The position numbers and the translations under genes are program-made. The notes beneath the pieces are model-generated. The model did not search any database and was not told the origin of the DNA. It saw only the letters and a list, made by a program, of their open reading frames with translations. Of a stretch of DNA of 64,000 nt, positions 48,511-58,527 are shown piece after piece. The DNA comes from Ostreococcus lucimarinus (lineage: Eukaryota): the NCBI GenBank assembly GCA_000092065.1, contig CP000582.1. One strand, written 5' to 3'. How positions within the stretch are numbered: the first letter of the stretch is position 1; each line of letters begins with the position of its first letter.

Positions 48511-50289
48511 TCATTTTACACGTTCTACTTCGCGAAGACTCGTGGGTAACGTCGTCTCGTCGAAAGTGGGTTTTCGTAAGAATCGCACGGATTCAGGGTC
48601 GCGAGTCCACGGGGCGACGAACCCGCTGGCGAGCAAGTCCTGCTCGTCCTTGCGTTCTTGCTCGGCGTTCTTGCGTTCTTGCTCGGCGTTCTTCTTCGCT
48701 TCGCGTCTCTCGCGCTTCGACTCAGAAGACGCGAAGAGTTTGCCGAATAAACCGCGACGTTTCGGAGGTTTCGATCGCTGCTTTTCGTCGTCTGCGGCGT
48801 TATCGCTACCGCTCGAGGAAGCGTCGAAATCGAGACGATCCGACGCGTGTTCATCGCCGACGCCCGCGGTGGCAACCTTCTTCGGCGCGTTCGCTATGGC
48901 AGTTGACGACGCTTCGCTCGCATTATCGCTTTCGATCGAACTTCCAGCGCCTCCAAAATGCGGCCGATCGCTACCCGTGTCGACGCGCTGGAGTATCGTT
49001 GCGGCTCTGAACATTCCGCCCATCGGCGCGGCGAGACGTCGGTAGAAAAGTGACTTGACGTTCTCCGGCGTGTCTGGGTCAAACTGTAATCGCTTGATGG
49101 AGAGTTTCGCGGACGCATTCGCGCGCGACTTCTCAAATTGGATCTCGTCAGCGATTTCAGGGGCTTTCTCAAGAGACAATCGTCGAACGCCGACGACTCG
49201 ATGCCCTTTGTGAGTAAACTTTTGCACCCCCCGTGTGTTTTCCGTCGCTCGCTTCTCGGCAAACGCAAAGTCCTGCTCCTCTTCCGTCATTTCGAACATG
49301 ATGAGGAGTAGATTGGTAAAATAATCTCTCGCCACGTTCATTGGACGCATGTCTTCCGGTGTCGCCAAATCTACCGCCGATGTGTAGCGCTCGAGCGCGT
49401 CCTCGGCCTCGTACGCCTCTTCGAAAATCTCCATACCGTGCTCTGATCCCTCGTTGTTATCCACCGAGTACGTATCCGCCTCTGGATCCCAAAACCGTTC
49501 GCGTTCGCTGTAGACGCCTTCAAAAACTTCCGGTCGCCCGGGCACGTTTTTAGACGCCGGCTGTTTCTCGAACCACTTCTCTTCTACGAGCAACATCTTG
49601 GCTAATTTCAACTCGACGTGTTCTTCGTGCGTAACGGTTCGTTCGGCGACCGCGTTGAAGGTCGGCGCGACGGCTTGGGCCGCGCTCGTGAACGCGGCTG
49701 GTACGAACCTTTGCATAAATTCCATCGCTTCGCCGTCCGGGTGATCCCACGTCGTTTCATTCGTCTCCTCGTCGACGTAATAATACTCTTCCCGCAGTTT
49801 GTCGTAATACTTCGAGTACCGACGCCCGTTCGTCGAGCTCACGAAAGATTCGCCCTCGTTCCGTCCGTCATCGATTCCCGATTCTGAGTCCGACGTCACG
49901 TCGTGTGCGTTCGGATCTTTGATCGTTTTCCACGACGGCCATTTTGAATCCTCGCGATCCTTCGTGACGGGATTATAGTAGTGCTTCCTCCTGAACTCTT
50001 TATCGACGCGCGCGTACCAAACGTCCCCAGTCGTTTTACAACGAAGCGCGGCGACGACTTCGTACCCATCCATGTCTGTCCCGATCGCGTCCATCGGCGA
50101 AGATGCCTTCGACGGGCTCGATTTACTATCCCCAGCCTCGCCCGCGTCTCGCTCGCCGCTCGGCGACGACGGCGTCGGCGTCGTCTCGGCGCGCTCGGGC
50201 GTCGACCCCGACTCGGCCTCTCTTCGCGCGAGCGTTCGCGACGAGAACGCCACCGCCGGTGCGTCCGTGATCACCGGCGATTCGGGCAT
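48511..50289 (-). CDS. WW-domain protein (two WW motifs), otherwise low-complexity acidic/basic
   Basis: WW1 is GDVWYARVDKEFRRKHYYNPVTKDREDSKWPSW. WW2 is KYYDKLREEYYYVDEETNETTWDHP. The C-terminal Lys/Glu repeats NAEQERK are encoded by a 21-bp tandem duplication at about 48650-48690. Confidence 0.6.
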   Translation of the reverse strand: MPESPVITDAPAVAFSSRTLARREAESGSTPERAETTPTPSSPSGERDAGEAGDSKSSPSKASSPMDAIGTDMDGYEVVAALRCKTTGDVWYARVDKEFRRKHYYNPVTKDREDSKWPSWKTIKDPNAHDVTSDSESGIDDGRNEGESFVSSTNGRRYSKYYDKLREEYYYVDEETNETTWDHPDGEAMEFMQRFVPAAFTSAAQAVAPTFNAVAERTVTHEEHVELKLAKMLLVEEKWFEKQPASKNVPGRPEVFEGVYSERERFWDPEADTYSVDNNEGSEHGMEIFEEAYEAEDALERYTSAVDLATPEDMRPMNVARDYFTNLLLIMFEMTEEEQDFAFAEKRATENTRGVQKFTHKGHRVVGVRRLSLEKAPEIADEIQFEKSRANASAKLSIKRLQFDPDTPENVKSLFYRRLAAPMGGMFRAATILQRVDTGSDRPHFGGAGSSIESDNASEASSTAIANAPKKVATAGVGDEHASDRLDFDASSSGSDNAADDEKQRSKPPKRRGLFGKLFASSESKRERREAKKNAEQERKNAEQERKDEQDLLASGFVAPWTRDPESVRFLRKPTFDETTLPTSLREVERVK

Positions 50290-50536
50290 CGCGAGCGCGT
50301 CGTTCGCGCGCGTGTACGCGTCGCGCGTCGGCGTAACACCACTAGAATCAATTCAGAATTCCAACTCACAACGCCGAGGCTTCGCGACGCGCGCCGTGGA
50401 CGCGTCGCGCGGCGGACGGGGTCGCGCGCGCGCGAACGCCGCGATGCGTGCCGCGCGGTGCGCGCGAGATCGACGCTCGGTGCGTCGAGGCGTGCGGTCA
50501 ATCGGTGTTCTCGTTCGCGAGGCTACAACTTCTACG

Positions 50537-51892
50537 CTAGTCGCTAAAACCGTACTTTTCGAGCGTTTGCCCGAGCGGGGCGATGAGAATTTGCTTTTTG
50601 CGGAGACGGAATTCTACGGCGAGGGCGGTTTCGGGGGACACGTTCGGGTCGGCGAGCGCGGCGACGTCGTCTTTGATTTTGGTGCGAAAGCGGCCGCCGA
50701 CGAGCAACGCGCGGCATCGAGAGGCGACGACGTCTAACCACGGAATACCGAGAACATCATCGCACGCCTCGATCAATTTTTCGTCGACTGAGTCCACCTT
50801 GATCTTCACGCGCGCGTCGTCGCCGAAGACGTCGCGTAGGCGCGCCCGCGTGGTCGCGTCGAGGTCCCGCCTGAACTCGTCGGCGACGTGCGCGACCAAT
50901 TCGTCGACGTTTTCGAAAATAACGAACGTGTCGTTGACGTTGGTACCCCTCGGGATGAAACCGAAATACATCAACCACACGTCGTTAGGGAACGAGCCGT
51001 AGGAAATTAAAATTTCCTCGCCCGCTTCCACGGTTTCGCCATCCGGGTCGACGACGAGCTCGAAAAACTTGTCCATCGTCGACGACGGCGCTATCTCTGC
51101 TATTTCTTCCGTCGCAGCCGCTCCCTGACACGTCTCCGGCGACGTCACCACGCGCACGATGGCGTTAAAGCGCGCGGCGTCGTGATTACACATGTCCACG
51201 CCCGGCACCAACAGTCGCGTCGCTCGCTCCGCCGCGCCGTCTCGCCGCGTGAACACTCTCGAGTGCACCACCGCGGTGGCCCACTTCAAATCCTCGACCG
51301 TCGCCCCGATCGCGGCCAATCGCTCGCCGTACGCCTCGCGCGCGCGCTCGTGCGCTCGCCGCACGGCCAACGCCTCGTCGACGACGCTTTCGTCTTCGAT
51401 TTCCCGCAGCGCTTCGTCGTCGAAATCCAACGCCGGCGTCTTCGGCGCCGGTCTCGGCAATCGCGTCAACCACGCCGCGCGTTCGTTCGACTCTCCCTCG
51501 CTCAGTTCTTCCAAGAGCGTCATCGCCATCGCGGACGACCACCGCGCGTCGTCGTCGCCGTCGTCGTCGCCGCTCGCGCTCGCGCTCTCCACCACCAACC
51601 CCCAGGGCACGCGCAGCAGCGTCTCTCCCGGCGCCAGATCCCGCACCGCCTCGACGCCGCGCGTCCCGAACGCGCGTCCGCGCTCGGTCAGCGCGATGCG
51701 CGTCGCCACGCCGTCGTCTTTCGTCGCGCGCGCCAACCACCGCGCGAAGTCTTCGTCTTCGTCTTCGTCTTCGTTCGCGCTCGCGCGCGCCCTCGCCCGC
51801 GCGCCGCGCGTCGCCGTCGCGCGTCGTCGTCGCGCCGTCGCGCGCGCCGCGCCGGCCGCGCCCTCGGCCGCGCGCGGCGCCGCGCGCGCCAT
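50537..51892 (-). CDS. SET-domain lysine methyltransferase, Rubisco LSMT/SETD3-like
   Basis: The ORF is open to 52333. The preferred start is ATG 51892 (MARAAPRAAEG...). SET and Rubisco-substrate-binding signatures are TRLLVPGVDMCNH, EILISYGSFPNDVWLMYFGFIP and a C-terminal helical region. Confidence 0.75.
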   Translation of the reverse strand: MARAAPRAAEGAAGAARATARRRRATATRGARARARASANEDEDEDEDFARWLARATKDDGVATRIALTERGRAFGTRGVEAVRDLAPGETLLRVPWGLVVESASASGDDDGDDDARWSSAMAMTLLEELSEGESNERAAWLTRLPRPAPKTPALDFDDEALREIEDESVVDEALAVRRAHERAREAYGERLAAIGATVEDLKWATAVVHSRVFTRRDGAAERATRLLVPGVDMCNHDAARFNAIVRVVTSPETCQGAAATEEIAEIAPSSTMDKFFELVVDPDGETVEAGEEILISYGSFPNDVWLMYFGFIPRGTNVNDTFVIFENVDELVAHVADEFRRDLDATTRARLRDVFGDDARVKIKVDSVDEKLIEACDDVLGIPWLDVVASRCRALLVGGRFRTKIKDDVAALADPNVSPETALAVEFRLRKKQILIAPLGQTLEKYGFSD

Positions 51893-51935
51893 CGAACGTC
51901 GCGACGCGCCGACCGATGCCGCACTCGGCGCCGCG

Positions 51936-52649
51936 ATGGCGACGCGCCTTCGCGCGCCTTCGCGCCCGCGCGTCGCGCCCGCGCGCGCGTCGCGACGTTC
52001 GCGCGTCGCCGCGCCGCCGCGCGCGATCGGCGTGCGCCAGGTCGCGGGCGAGGGCGCGGCGCTGGTGGACAGACTTCGCGCGTGCGCCGAGGTCACGGCG
52101 GAATCGTTCGGCGCGGACGAATCGAGCGCGGTGAGCGTGCTCGATGGGCTCGTGCGCAAGGTGAGGTACTCGGGCGATGCGTTCGCGCTGCTCGAGGCGT
52201 ACGACGACGGCGCGAGCGACGGCGAGGAGGAAAGATTGTGCGGGTGCGCGGACGTGACGGCGCTGCCGGCGTTCGGGCCGCGAGCGAGCAAGGAAACGCT
52301 CGTCGCGAGGGTGCCCATCGCGCTCGGACTCACGGAACAGAGTAATTACGCGTATCTGAGCGGAATGTGCGTGCGGGAATCGCATCGACGACGAGGGGTG
52401 GGGGTGAAATTGTTGGAGGCGTGCGAGACGTGCGCGAGGAAGATGACGCCGACGCCGGCGGCGATGGCGTTGCACGTCGATAGCGATAACGAAGGGGCGA
52501 TCGCGCTGTATGAGGGGTGCGGATACGCGCGTGTGATCGAACGCGAGGTCGACGACGCGTTCGGGCGGATGTCGCGCGCGCTCGGTGGACTCGTGGGGGG
52601 GAAAAAGAAAAAAATATTAATGTCCAAGTGGTTGAGCTCGCGCGAGTAG
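51936..52649 (+). CDS. GNAT family N-acetyltransferase with presequence-like N-terminus
   Basis: ATG at 51936 (MATRLRAPSRPRVAPARAS...). The GNAT motif A is YLSGMCVRESHRRRGVGVKLLEACE, followed by ALHVDSDNEGAIALYEGCGY. It is divergent from the SET gene with only 43 bp between the two ATGs. Confidence 0.65.
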   Translation: MATRLRAPSRPRVAPARASRRSRVAAPPRAIGVRQVAGEGAALVDRLRACAEVTAESFGADESSAVSVLDGLVRKVRYSGDAFALLEAYDDGASDGEEERLCGCADVTALPAFGPRASKETLVARVPIALGLTEQSNYAYLSGMCVRESHRRRGVGVKLLEACETCARKMTPTPAAMALHVDSDNEGAIALYEGCGYARVIEREVDDAFGRMSRALGGLVGGKKKKILMSKWLSSRE

Positions 52650-52773
52650 TCTTCGTCGGTCGCGGATGTAATCGAACGAGGACGATCGGTAGTAGCGTTG
52701 GTAGCGTACAATTCGAAGCGATGGTGTTACATGAGTATTGTTACTGTTTTCGTGTCGGTGTGGGGTCAAAAAC

Positions 52774-54468
52774 TCAAAATTGTGTGCGTCGCATGTCTCG
52801 CACGAAGCGCGCGAAGCGGTCGAAATTCTGCGGCTCGAAGAGCTCGTCGCACATCCGCAGGTACGTGAACGATCCGAGAACGCACGCGGTATCGGGTGAC
52901 GACGACGAAGTCATCATCGTATCGTCGCTCGAAAGTGAATTCCGCGACTCAGCGCCGGGTGAGCTGACGTTTTCCGCGCTCATTGAGGACGAAAGTCGCG
53001 CCAACGGCTTTGCCGGCGACGGCGAAACGCCCGCGTATCGTTCGTACGTGCGAACGATTTGCGCGAACGCGTCGACATCGAATCTCGCCAACGCGTTTTC
53101 TCCGTTCACCGTCACTCCGGCTTCGGCCGCTTCTCGCAGAACTTGCGCCAACAAGCCTTCGGGCGAGCACATGTGCTCCGGCGAGTGCTCGACGTCGCGC
53201 ATCTCCACGCACGTAAACGTAAGCTCGACGCCGAATCGAGCGCACAGGTCGATGATTTGCGAGTATCCTCGCGGTTCACATCCTAAAACCATGTCCACAT
53301 CGCCGTTCCCGTCCGCAGGCGGCGAGGGCGTGGCGTTGTAATACCCCGCCGTGCACTCCGCGGCGCGACTGGGGTGACCGTGCCACCAATGCACGCCCGC
53401 GCATTTGATGCCGAGCGAGGCGTCGACGCCGTCAAACTCCCGCACCGCGTGTTCCAAAACGCGCTCACCGTGCGCGACGAGTTCGCGACTGTACCACGAC
53501 AAGAAAAACTTACCGTACGGCGTGTTCCAATCCCCCGTTCCGTCGGCGGCGAAGAAGCTCCTCGACGCGCTCTCCGGGGCGCACGAAAAGCTCGCGCTCG
53601 TCAGGCTCGAATTCGACGTGCTCGCCGTCATCGTGTGACGTCGCTTGGCGTCGGGTTCATCCTCACTCGTTCGTCTGATCGGTGGTTCCAACACGTTTCC
53701 CTCCGGATCGCAGTTGTAGCTCGGCCCGTTCACCGGCGGGTGGCGTCCCCACTCGGGCTTGCCGCACGCCGCGGCTTCGTACGCCAGGGACATGCGCGCG
53801 CGCTCGTCAAAGGCTTGGAACTCACCGACGCCCGGGAAGTGCCATCCATCACCCGCGCGATAAGATGGATACCGAAGTTCACCGCACGGCCCGAGACCTA
53901 TGATGACTTGCGAAATCACCGGCGGCGCGTCTGCGGACCCGGTCAAAAACGTCGCGAACGCCGCGCGAAACGCCGCCATGAAGTCGCGATAACACTCCAA
54001 CGGCGATCGATCGCCTCGTCGCGCGTCCCGCGTTTCGTCCCCCCACAGCGACAAGTATTCCTCAGTGACGTTTCCTCGTCGATCGGCGTACATGTTTTCC
54101 CTCGCCGGCTCCCCCCGCGCCCACTCCGGCAAGCCGATTTCGCACCCCTCGTCCCCGACCGAGTCCCCGCACGCGTGAAACGACAGCACGACGTCCACGC
54201 TCAATCCAGCGTCTCGACACATCTCGCACAGCGCGAGATATCCCCGCCACTCGTACGCTCTCGGTCGCTCGCCCTCGCACGCCCCCCACCAGCAATCCAC
54301 CATGACGCCGTCCGCGCCCGCGTCGGCGACGCTTCGCAGCGCCTTCGCCAGCGTCTCCCGCGTCGTCCTCGTCGTCGTCCTCGCCACGCAATCCAGCGGC
54401 AGCATCACCCGCACGCCGCGTCCCGCGTCTCTTCCCTCGCGTCCGTTCGCGCCGTTTCCTCGCCGCAT
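52774..54468 (-). CDS. BAM: Beta-amylase (GH14) with low-complexity insertions
   Basis: GH14 signatures are GVRVMLPLD, DGVMVDCWWG, HACGDSVGD, GLGPCGELRYPSY, FPGVGEFQ and NGENAL. The ORF is open from a GTG at 54603 and the first ATG is at 54468. The transit peptide is therefore short or carried on an upstream exon. Confidence 0.85.
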   Translation of the reverse strand: MRRGNGANGREGRDAGRGVRVMLPLDCVARTTTRTTRETLAKALRSVADAGADGVMVDCWWGACEGERPRAYEWRGYLALCEMCRDAGLSVDVVLSFHACGDSVGDEGCEIGLPEWARGEPARENMYADRRGNVTEEYLSLWGDETRDARRGDRSPLECYRDFMAAFRAAFATFLTGSADAPPVISQVIIGLGPCGELRYPSYRAGDGWHFPGVGEFQAFDERARMSLAYEAAACGKPEWGRHPPVNGPSYNCDPEGNVLEPPIRRTSEDEPDAKRRHTMTASTSNSSLTSASFSCAPESASRSFFAADGTGDWNTPYGKFFLSWYSRELVAHGERVLEHAVREFDGVDASLGIKCAGVHWWHGHPSRAAECTAGYYNATPSPPADGNGDVDMVLGCEPRGYSQIIDLCARFGVELTFTCVEMRDVEHSPEHMCSPEGLLAQVLREAAEAGVTVNGENALARFDVDAFAQIVRTYERYAGVSPSPAKPLARLSSSMSAENVSSPGAESRNSLSSDDTMMTSSSSPDTACVLGSFTYLRMCDELFEPQNFDRFARFVRDMRRTQF

Positions 54469-55113
54469 CGCGTCCCGCGCCCTCTCGCTCGCGTCTTCTC
54501 TTCTCGCCGCGCGCGCGTTCGCCGTCGCCGCCGTCCCGTCCCGTCGCGCGCGTCCCTCTTCACCGTCTTCCCTCGTCCCGTCGCTCGCTCGCGCGTTCGC
54601 CACCGCGTCACCGCGTTCGCGTCGTCTTCTTCGCGTCGTCGCGTCGTCGTCGCGCGTCCCTCGTGCGCGTCGCGTCCCTCGTGCGTGCGTTCGTTCGTTC
54701 GTTCGACAGTCTGGCGACGGCGCGCGTTCGACGCGTCCGCGTTCGCGCCGCGCGTCCTCGCGCGCGGTCCGTTCGAACGAAAACCGCGGTCACGATTACG
54801 GATTCCCGACCTCGTCGCGCGTCGGGCGTCGCGTCGCGTCGCGTCGTCGACTCCCGCGTCGTCGACGCGCGCGCGCGCGCGCGATCGGCGCTTTCGCGAA
54901 AGATTTTTTCAGCCTCGGCGTGTACCCCTCGTGCGGGGGGTACACGCGAATCATCACTCGTCGATGTATCGATCGGTCGTCGTGACGTATTCAAGCGGCG
55001 TTCGGCGCTATGAGAGCGCGCGCGCGAGGCGGCGCGCGCGTCGAACGTAAACCGACCGACGCGTGCGCGCGACGCCGAGGCGCGGCGGCGACGGCGCGCC
55101 ACTCGACGCCGCG

Positions 55114-56314
55114 ATGCGCGCCATGACGTCGTCGCGATCGACGTTCGCCGCGCCGATGCGCGCGATGCAAAACGCGAAAACGCCCGCGCGTCGACGCGGG
55201 GGGGCGTGCGCGACGCGCGCGCGCCTGGACGCGGGCGTGGGGGCGTTCGGGAGCAAGGCTGGGATGACGCAGGTGTTCACCGACGACGGGCTGTGCGTGC
55301 CGGTGACCGTGATCGCGGTGCGCGACGGGAACGTCGTGACGCAGGTACGGGAAAAATATCGAGCGAACGCGGGATGGCCGTCGGGGGGTCGGCGCGCGAG
55401 GGCGCGCGAGACGCGGCGAACGATTCGACCGACGCGCGGGCGCGTGAGGGTTGGACGACGGGGTCGATGGATGGGCGCGGCGCGCGCGATGCGTCGACGC
55501 GCGCGGCGCGTTCACGATGGGCGAACGATCGGGTGGTGTTATCGTCGATCGCGCGCGCGCGCGAAGGGCTCGGATGGGGCGGGCGAGGCGCGAGGAGGAC
55601 CGACGCTTCGCGCGCGCGGGGAGAAGCCCTAGGGCGAGGTTACCGTCGCGACGCGCGGGCGCGGGCGCGACGGACGGATGCGTTCGGGCGCGGCGTAGAG
55701 CGACGAAACGCGAAGGAGAGAATCAGAGACTGACGATATCGCGATTCGCGCGCGTTCGTGAAACACAGGTGAAGACTGAGGCGACGGATGGGTACAACGC
55801 GGTGCAAGTCGGCTACGACGCCGTGCGCGACGACAAGCTCACGAAGCCCGAACTCGGGCACTGCAAGAAGGCGGGCGCGCCGGCGCTTCGACACCTCGAA
55901 GAGTTCCGTTTGCGCGACGCTCCGACGTACGAAGTCGGGGCGCAAATCAAGCCGACGGAGTTGTTCAAGGAGGGTGATAAGGTTGACGTGCGAGGCCGCA
56001 CGATCGGTAAGGGGTTCCAAGGCGCCGTGAAGCGTTACGGTTTCTCGCGCGGTTTGATGACGCACGGTTCTAAATCGCACCGTCAACACGGTTCCATCGG
56101 CAGCGGTACCAACCCGGGTCGCATTTACCCGGGTAAGCGCATGCACGGTCACATGGGCAACGAGATGGTGACGACGAAGGGCTTAACCGTCGTCTCCGTC
56201 GAGGACGACTGCATCATCGTCAAGGGCAACGTGCCGGGCAAGAAGGGCGCTCTGTGCAAGGTGACGCCCAACAAGAAGGTCGGGGACGCGCGCTGGAGTC
56301 CCACGTCCGCGTGA
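55114..56314 (+). CDS. rpl3: Plastid ribosomal protein uL3 (L3), two coding exons
   Basis: Exon 1 is 55114-55344 (presequence plus [28 protein letters not shown]). Exon 2 is 55769-56314 ([17 protein letters not shown]...[63 protein letters not shown]...). The junction restores the bacterial VTQVKT...DGY sequence. The ORF is open from a GTG at 55063. Confidence 0.85.
55345..55768 (+). other. Intron (424 nt, GT-AG, phase 0) of the uL3 gene
   Basis: Donor GTACGGGAAA. Branch CAGAGACTGACGATATC (CTGAC 55729-55733, 35 nt before the AG). Acceptor cgttcgtgaaacacAG. Confidence 0.85.
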
Positions 56315-56596
56315 GGTCACTTTCGCGTCACTTTCGCGTCGCCGCCGCGCGTCTTGTAGCCAATTTATAATTCGACACTCCGATTCAATCGCACGAACGG
56401 ACGACCGGTGGTGCGCGTCTCGACCGTACAATCTCGACCGATTCCACCATGTTTCGACGATTTAGTTGGACCGCACACCCGACCGCGCGTCAACGGCACC
56501 GCGCGTCGCGACTCGGCGCGTCGCGCGCGACGTCTCGAGGACGCGGGCGCGCGCGCACCGAACGCGCGCGCGCGCGCGCGCTCGCGCGCGACGCGC

Positions 56597-58381
56597 ATGG
56601 AGGGCATCGCGCGCCGATCGAGCGCGCCGCGACCGCGCTCGATCGCGACCGCGCCGACGCGTCGCGCGACGACGACGACGCGCGGCGCGCCGAACGACGA
56701 CGCGGGCGACGCGCGGTACGCGATCGCGCGATCGGTGGTGCTGAACGCGCGATCGCTGACGGAAACGAAGGCGACGACGAGCGAGCCGAGGACGAGGCCG
56801 AGGACGAGCGGGACGAGCGGGCGCGGAGACGCGAGCGGGCGCGAGAGAGGGCGAGGGTTGGCGTGCGATCGAAGCGTGGGCGATCGCGTGCGAGCGAACG
56901 GAGGGGCGAATGTGAAGCACGTGCATCCGCTGCCGCTGTCGGTGACGCACGACGATGCGTTCGCGGAGAGGTTGGGGAAGTTGAGAGCGCGCGCGAGCGA
57001 CGCGGAGGACGTGTACGACGCGCTGCGGAGACGGAAAGAGGAAGGATCGCGACCGGGGGCGAGGACGGATGAGTTGAAGATTGGACTCGTGGTCGAGGGG
57101 GGGGGGATGCGAGGGGTGATCAGCGCCGGCGCGGCCGGGGCGTTGTTAGAGGCGGGGTATTACGACTGCTTCGACGCCGCGTACGGGTCGAGCGCGGGGG
57201 CGATGAATTTGACGTATTACCTCTCAAAGCAGCCGGAAGGGATTTTTGCGTACGAGGAAGATTTATGCGACGGTTCGTTCTTAGATTTAAAGCGCCACGT
57301 CTCGAGGCGGATGACGGTGATTAAGGAGGCGCACATCGATTTGGTGCGCCCCTTCGTGCGCTTTGGGCGTCGCTCTCGAAACGCCCTCGCGGCGAGAAAT
57401 GGCGCGAGCACAATCGAGACGGCGACCATGGCGGACGTCGGCACTTTAGCAGAAACGCTGAGCGACGACGATGGGGATTCAAAGTTTGCCGTGGATCCGG
57501 CGATGAATGTGAATTACTTGCTCGAAACCGTCATGGGCGGCGAAACCGGACGTCCGTTGCGATGGAAGGACGTCATCACCTCCTCCGTACCGCTCAAAGT
57601 CGTCGCCACGTCGCTCGACACACTGACAACCGTTATTTTGGATGACTTCAAGGATGAAGCCGATCTAAAAAAGTCGTTGCTCGCGAGCGCGCGCGTGCCG
57701 GCCCTCGCGGGTAGCTCCCCGGTGACTCACAGAGGTCATCGACTGGTAGACGCCGCCGTGCTCGAGCCCGTGCCCGTGCACGCGGCGGCGCACGACGGAT
57801 GCACGCACATCCTGGTTTTACTCACCGCCCCGCACAAAGTGGACACCGAAGCGGACGTGACGAACACGGAGAAGCGCGAGAACAGACGATTTCTCGGGCA
57901 GATTCGCGAACGCCTGTCTCGCGTGCGGCAATCCAAGGCGCGAGACGTCGTCGCGGCGGCGGCGAGCGACACCAACGACAGCGATCTGAACAAATCCATC
58001 GACGACCTCGAGGCGAAACCAAAACCGGCGCAATCGGCGCTGTATCGGGCCATACGCAACTTGCTCTTTGCGCCGTCGTACATGGGCGCGGTGTGGGACC
58101 TCCACGATTCCTACGCCGCCACCCTCGACGCCCGCCACGGCTGGCGCGCGCGCGACGTCTTCATCCCCTCCACAGCTCCGAGCGCATTTCATCCCATCAA
58201 GATCGCCACCATCGCTCCATCCGGTCCGGCATCCAAAGCCATGTCCAGTCTGTGCGTCGACGCCGACCTCATCGCCGCCGCGCGTCGCGAGGGCGCCGCC
58301 GCGTGTTTCCGCGCCCTCGGCGTCGCCTTCGACGACACCGCTTCGCAGCCCAACGTCCCGAGCGCCGAGCGTTCGCGTTAA
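56597..58381 (+). CDS. Patatin-like phospholipase domain protein
   Basis: ATG at 56597. The oxyanion hole and nucleophile elbow are GLVVEGGGMRGVISAGAAGAL...FDAAYGSSAGAMNLTYY. The catalytic Asp region is LVDAAV. The N-terminal extension is Arg/Thr-rich. Confidence 0.8.
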   Translation: MEGIARRSSAPRPRSIATAPTRRATTTTRGAPNDDAGDARYAIARSVVLNARSLTETKATTSEPRTRPRTSGTSGRGDASGRERGRGLACDRSVGDRVRANGGANVKHVHPLPLSVTHDDAFAERLGKLRARASDAEDVYDALRRRKEEGSRPGARTDELKIGLVVEGGGMRGVISAGAAGALLEAGYYDCFDAAYGSSAGAMNLTYYLSKQPEGIFAYEEDLCDGSFLDLKRHVSRRMTVIKEAHIDLVRPFVRFGRRSRNALAARNGASTIETATMADVGTLAETLSDDDGDSKFAVDPAMNVNYLLETVMGGETGRPLRWKDVITSSVPLKVVATSLDTLTTVILDDFKDEADLKKSLLASARVPALAGSSPVTHRGHRLVDAAVLEPVPVHAAAHDGCTHILVLLTAPHKVDTEADVTNTEKRENRRFLGQIRERLSRVRQSKARDVVAAAASDTNDSDLNKSIDDLEAKPKPAQSALYRAIRNLLFAPSYMGAVWDLHDSYAATLDARHGWRARDVFIPSTAPSAFHPIKIATIAPSGPASKAMSSLCVDADLIAAARREGAAACFRALGVAFDDTASQPNVPSAERSR

Positions 58382-58527
58382 CTCTCGAAGATCGATCTCC
58401 AAGCATTTATTTATGTAACGAAAGCGTCGTCTCGCGCGTCCCGTCGGTCGCGGGCATAAAGTGCTCAAGTGCGGTACCCGGTACCGCGCCGCACTTCGCG
58501 CCTTCCCCGCTCTCTCTCTCGCGCGCG

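Noticed and set aside
48511-48514. ATGA stop/start overlap as evidence of a polycistronic unit.
   Set aside because: The first 20 residues from 48514 are dispensable. An internal ATG at 48454 begins a presequence-like N-terminus, which is the more conservative model. It is left as an open question in the findings.
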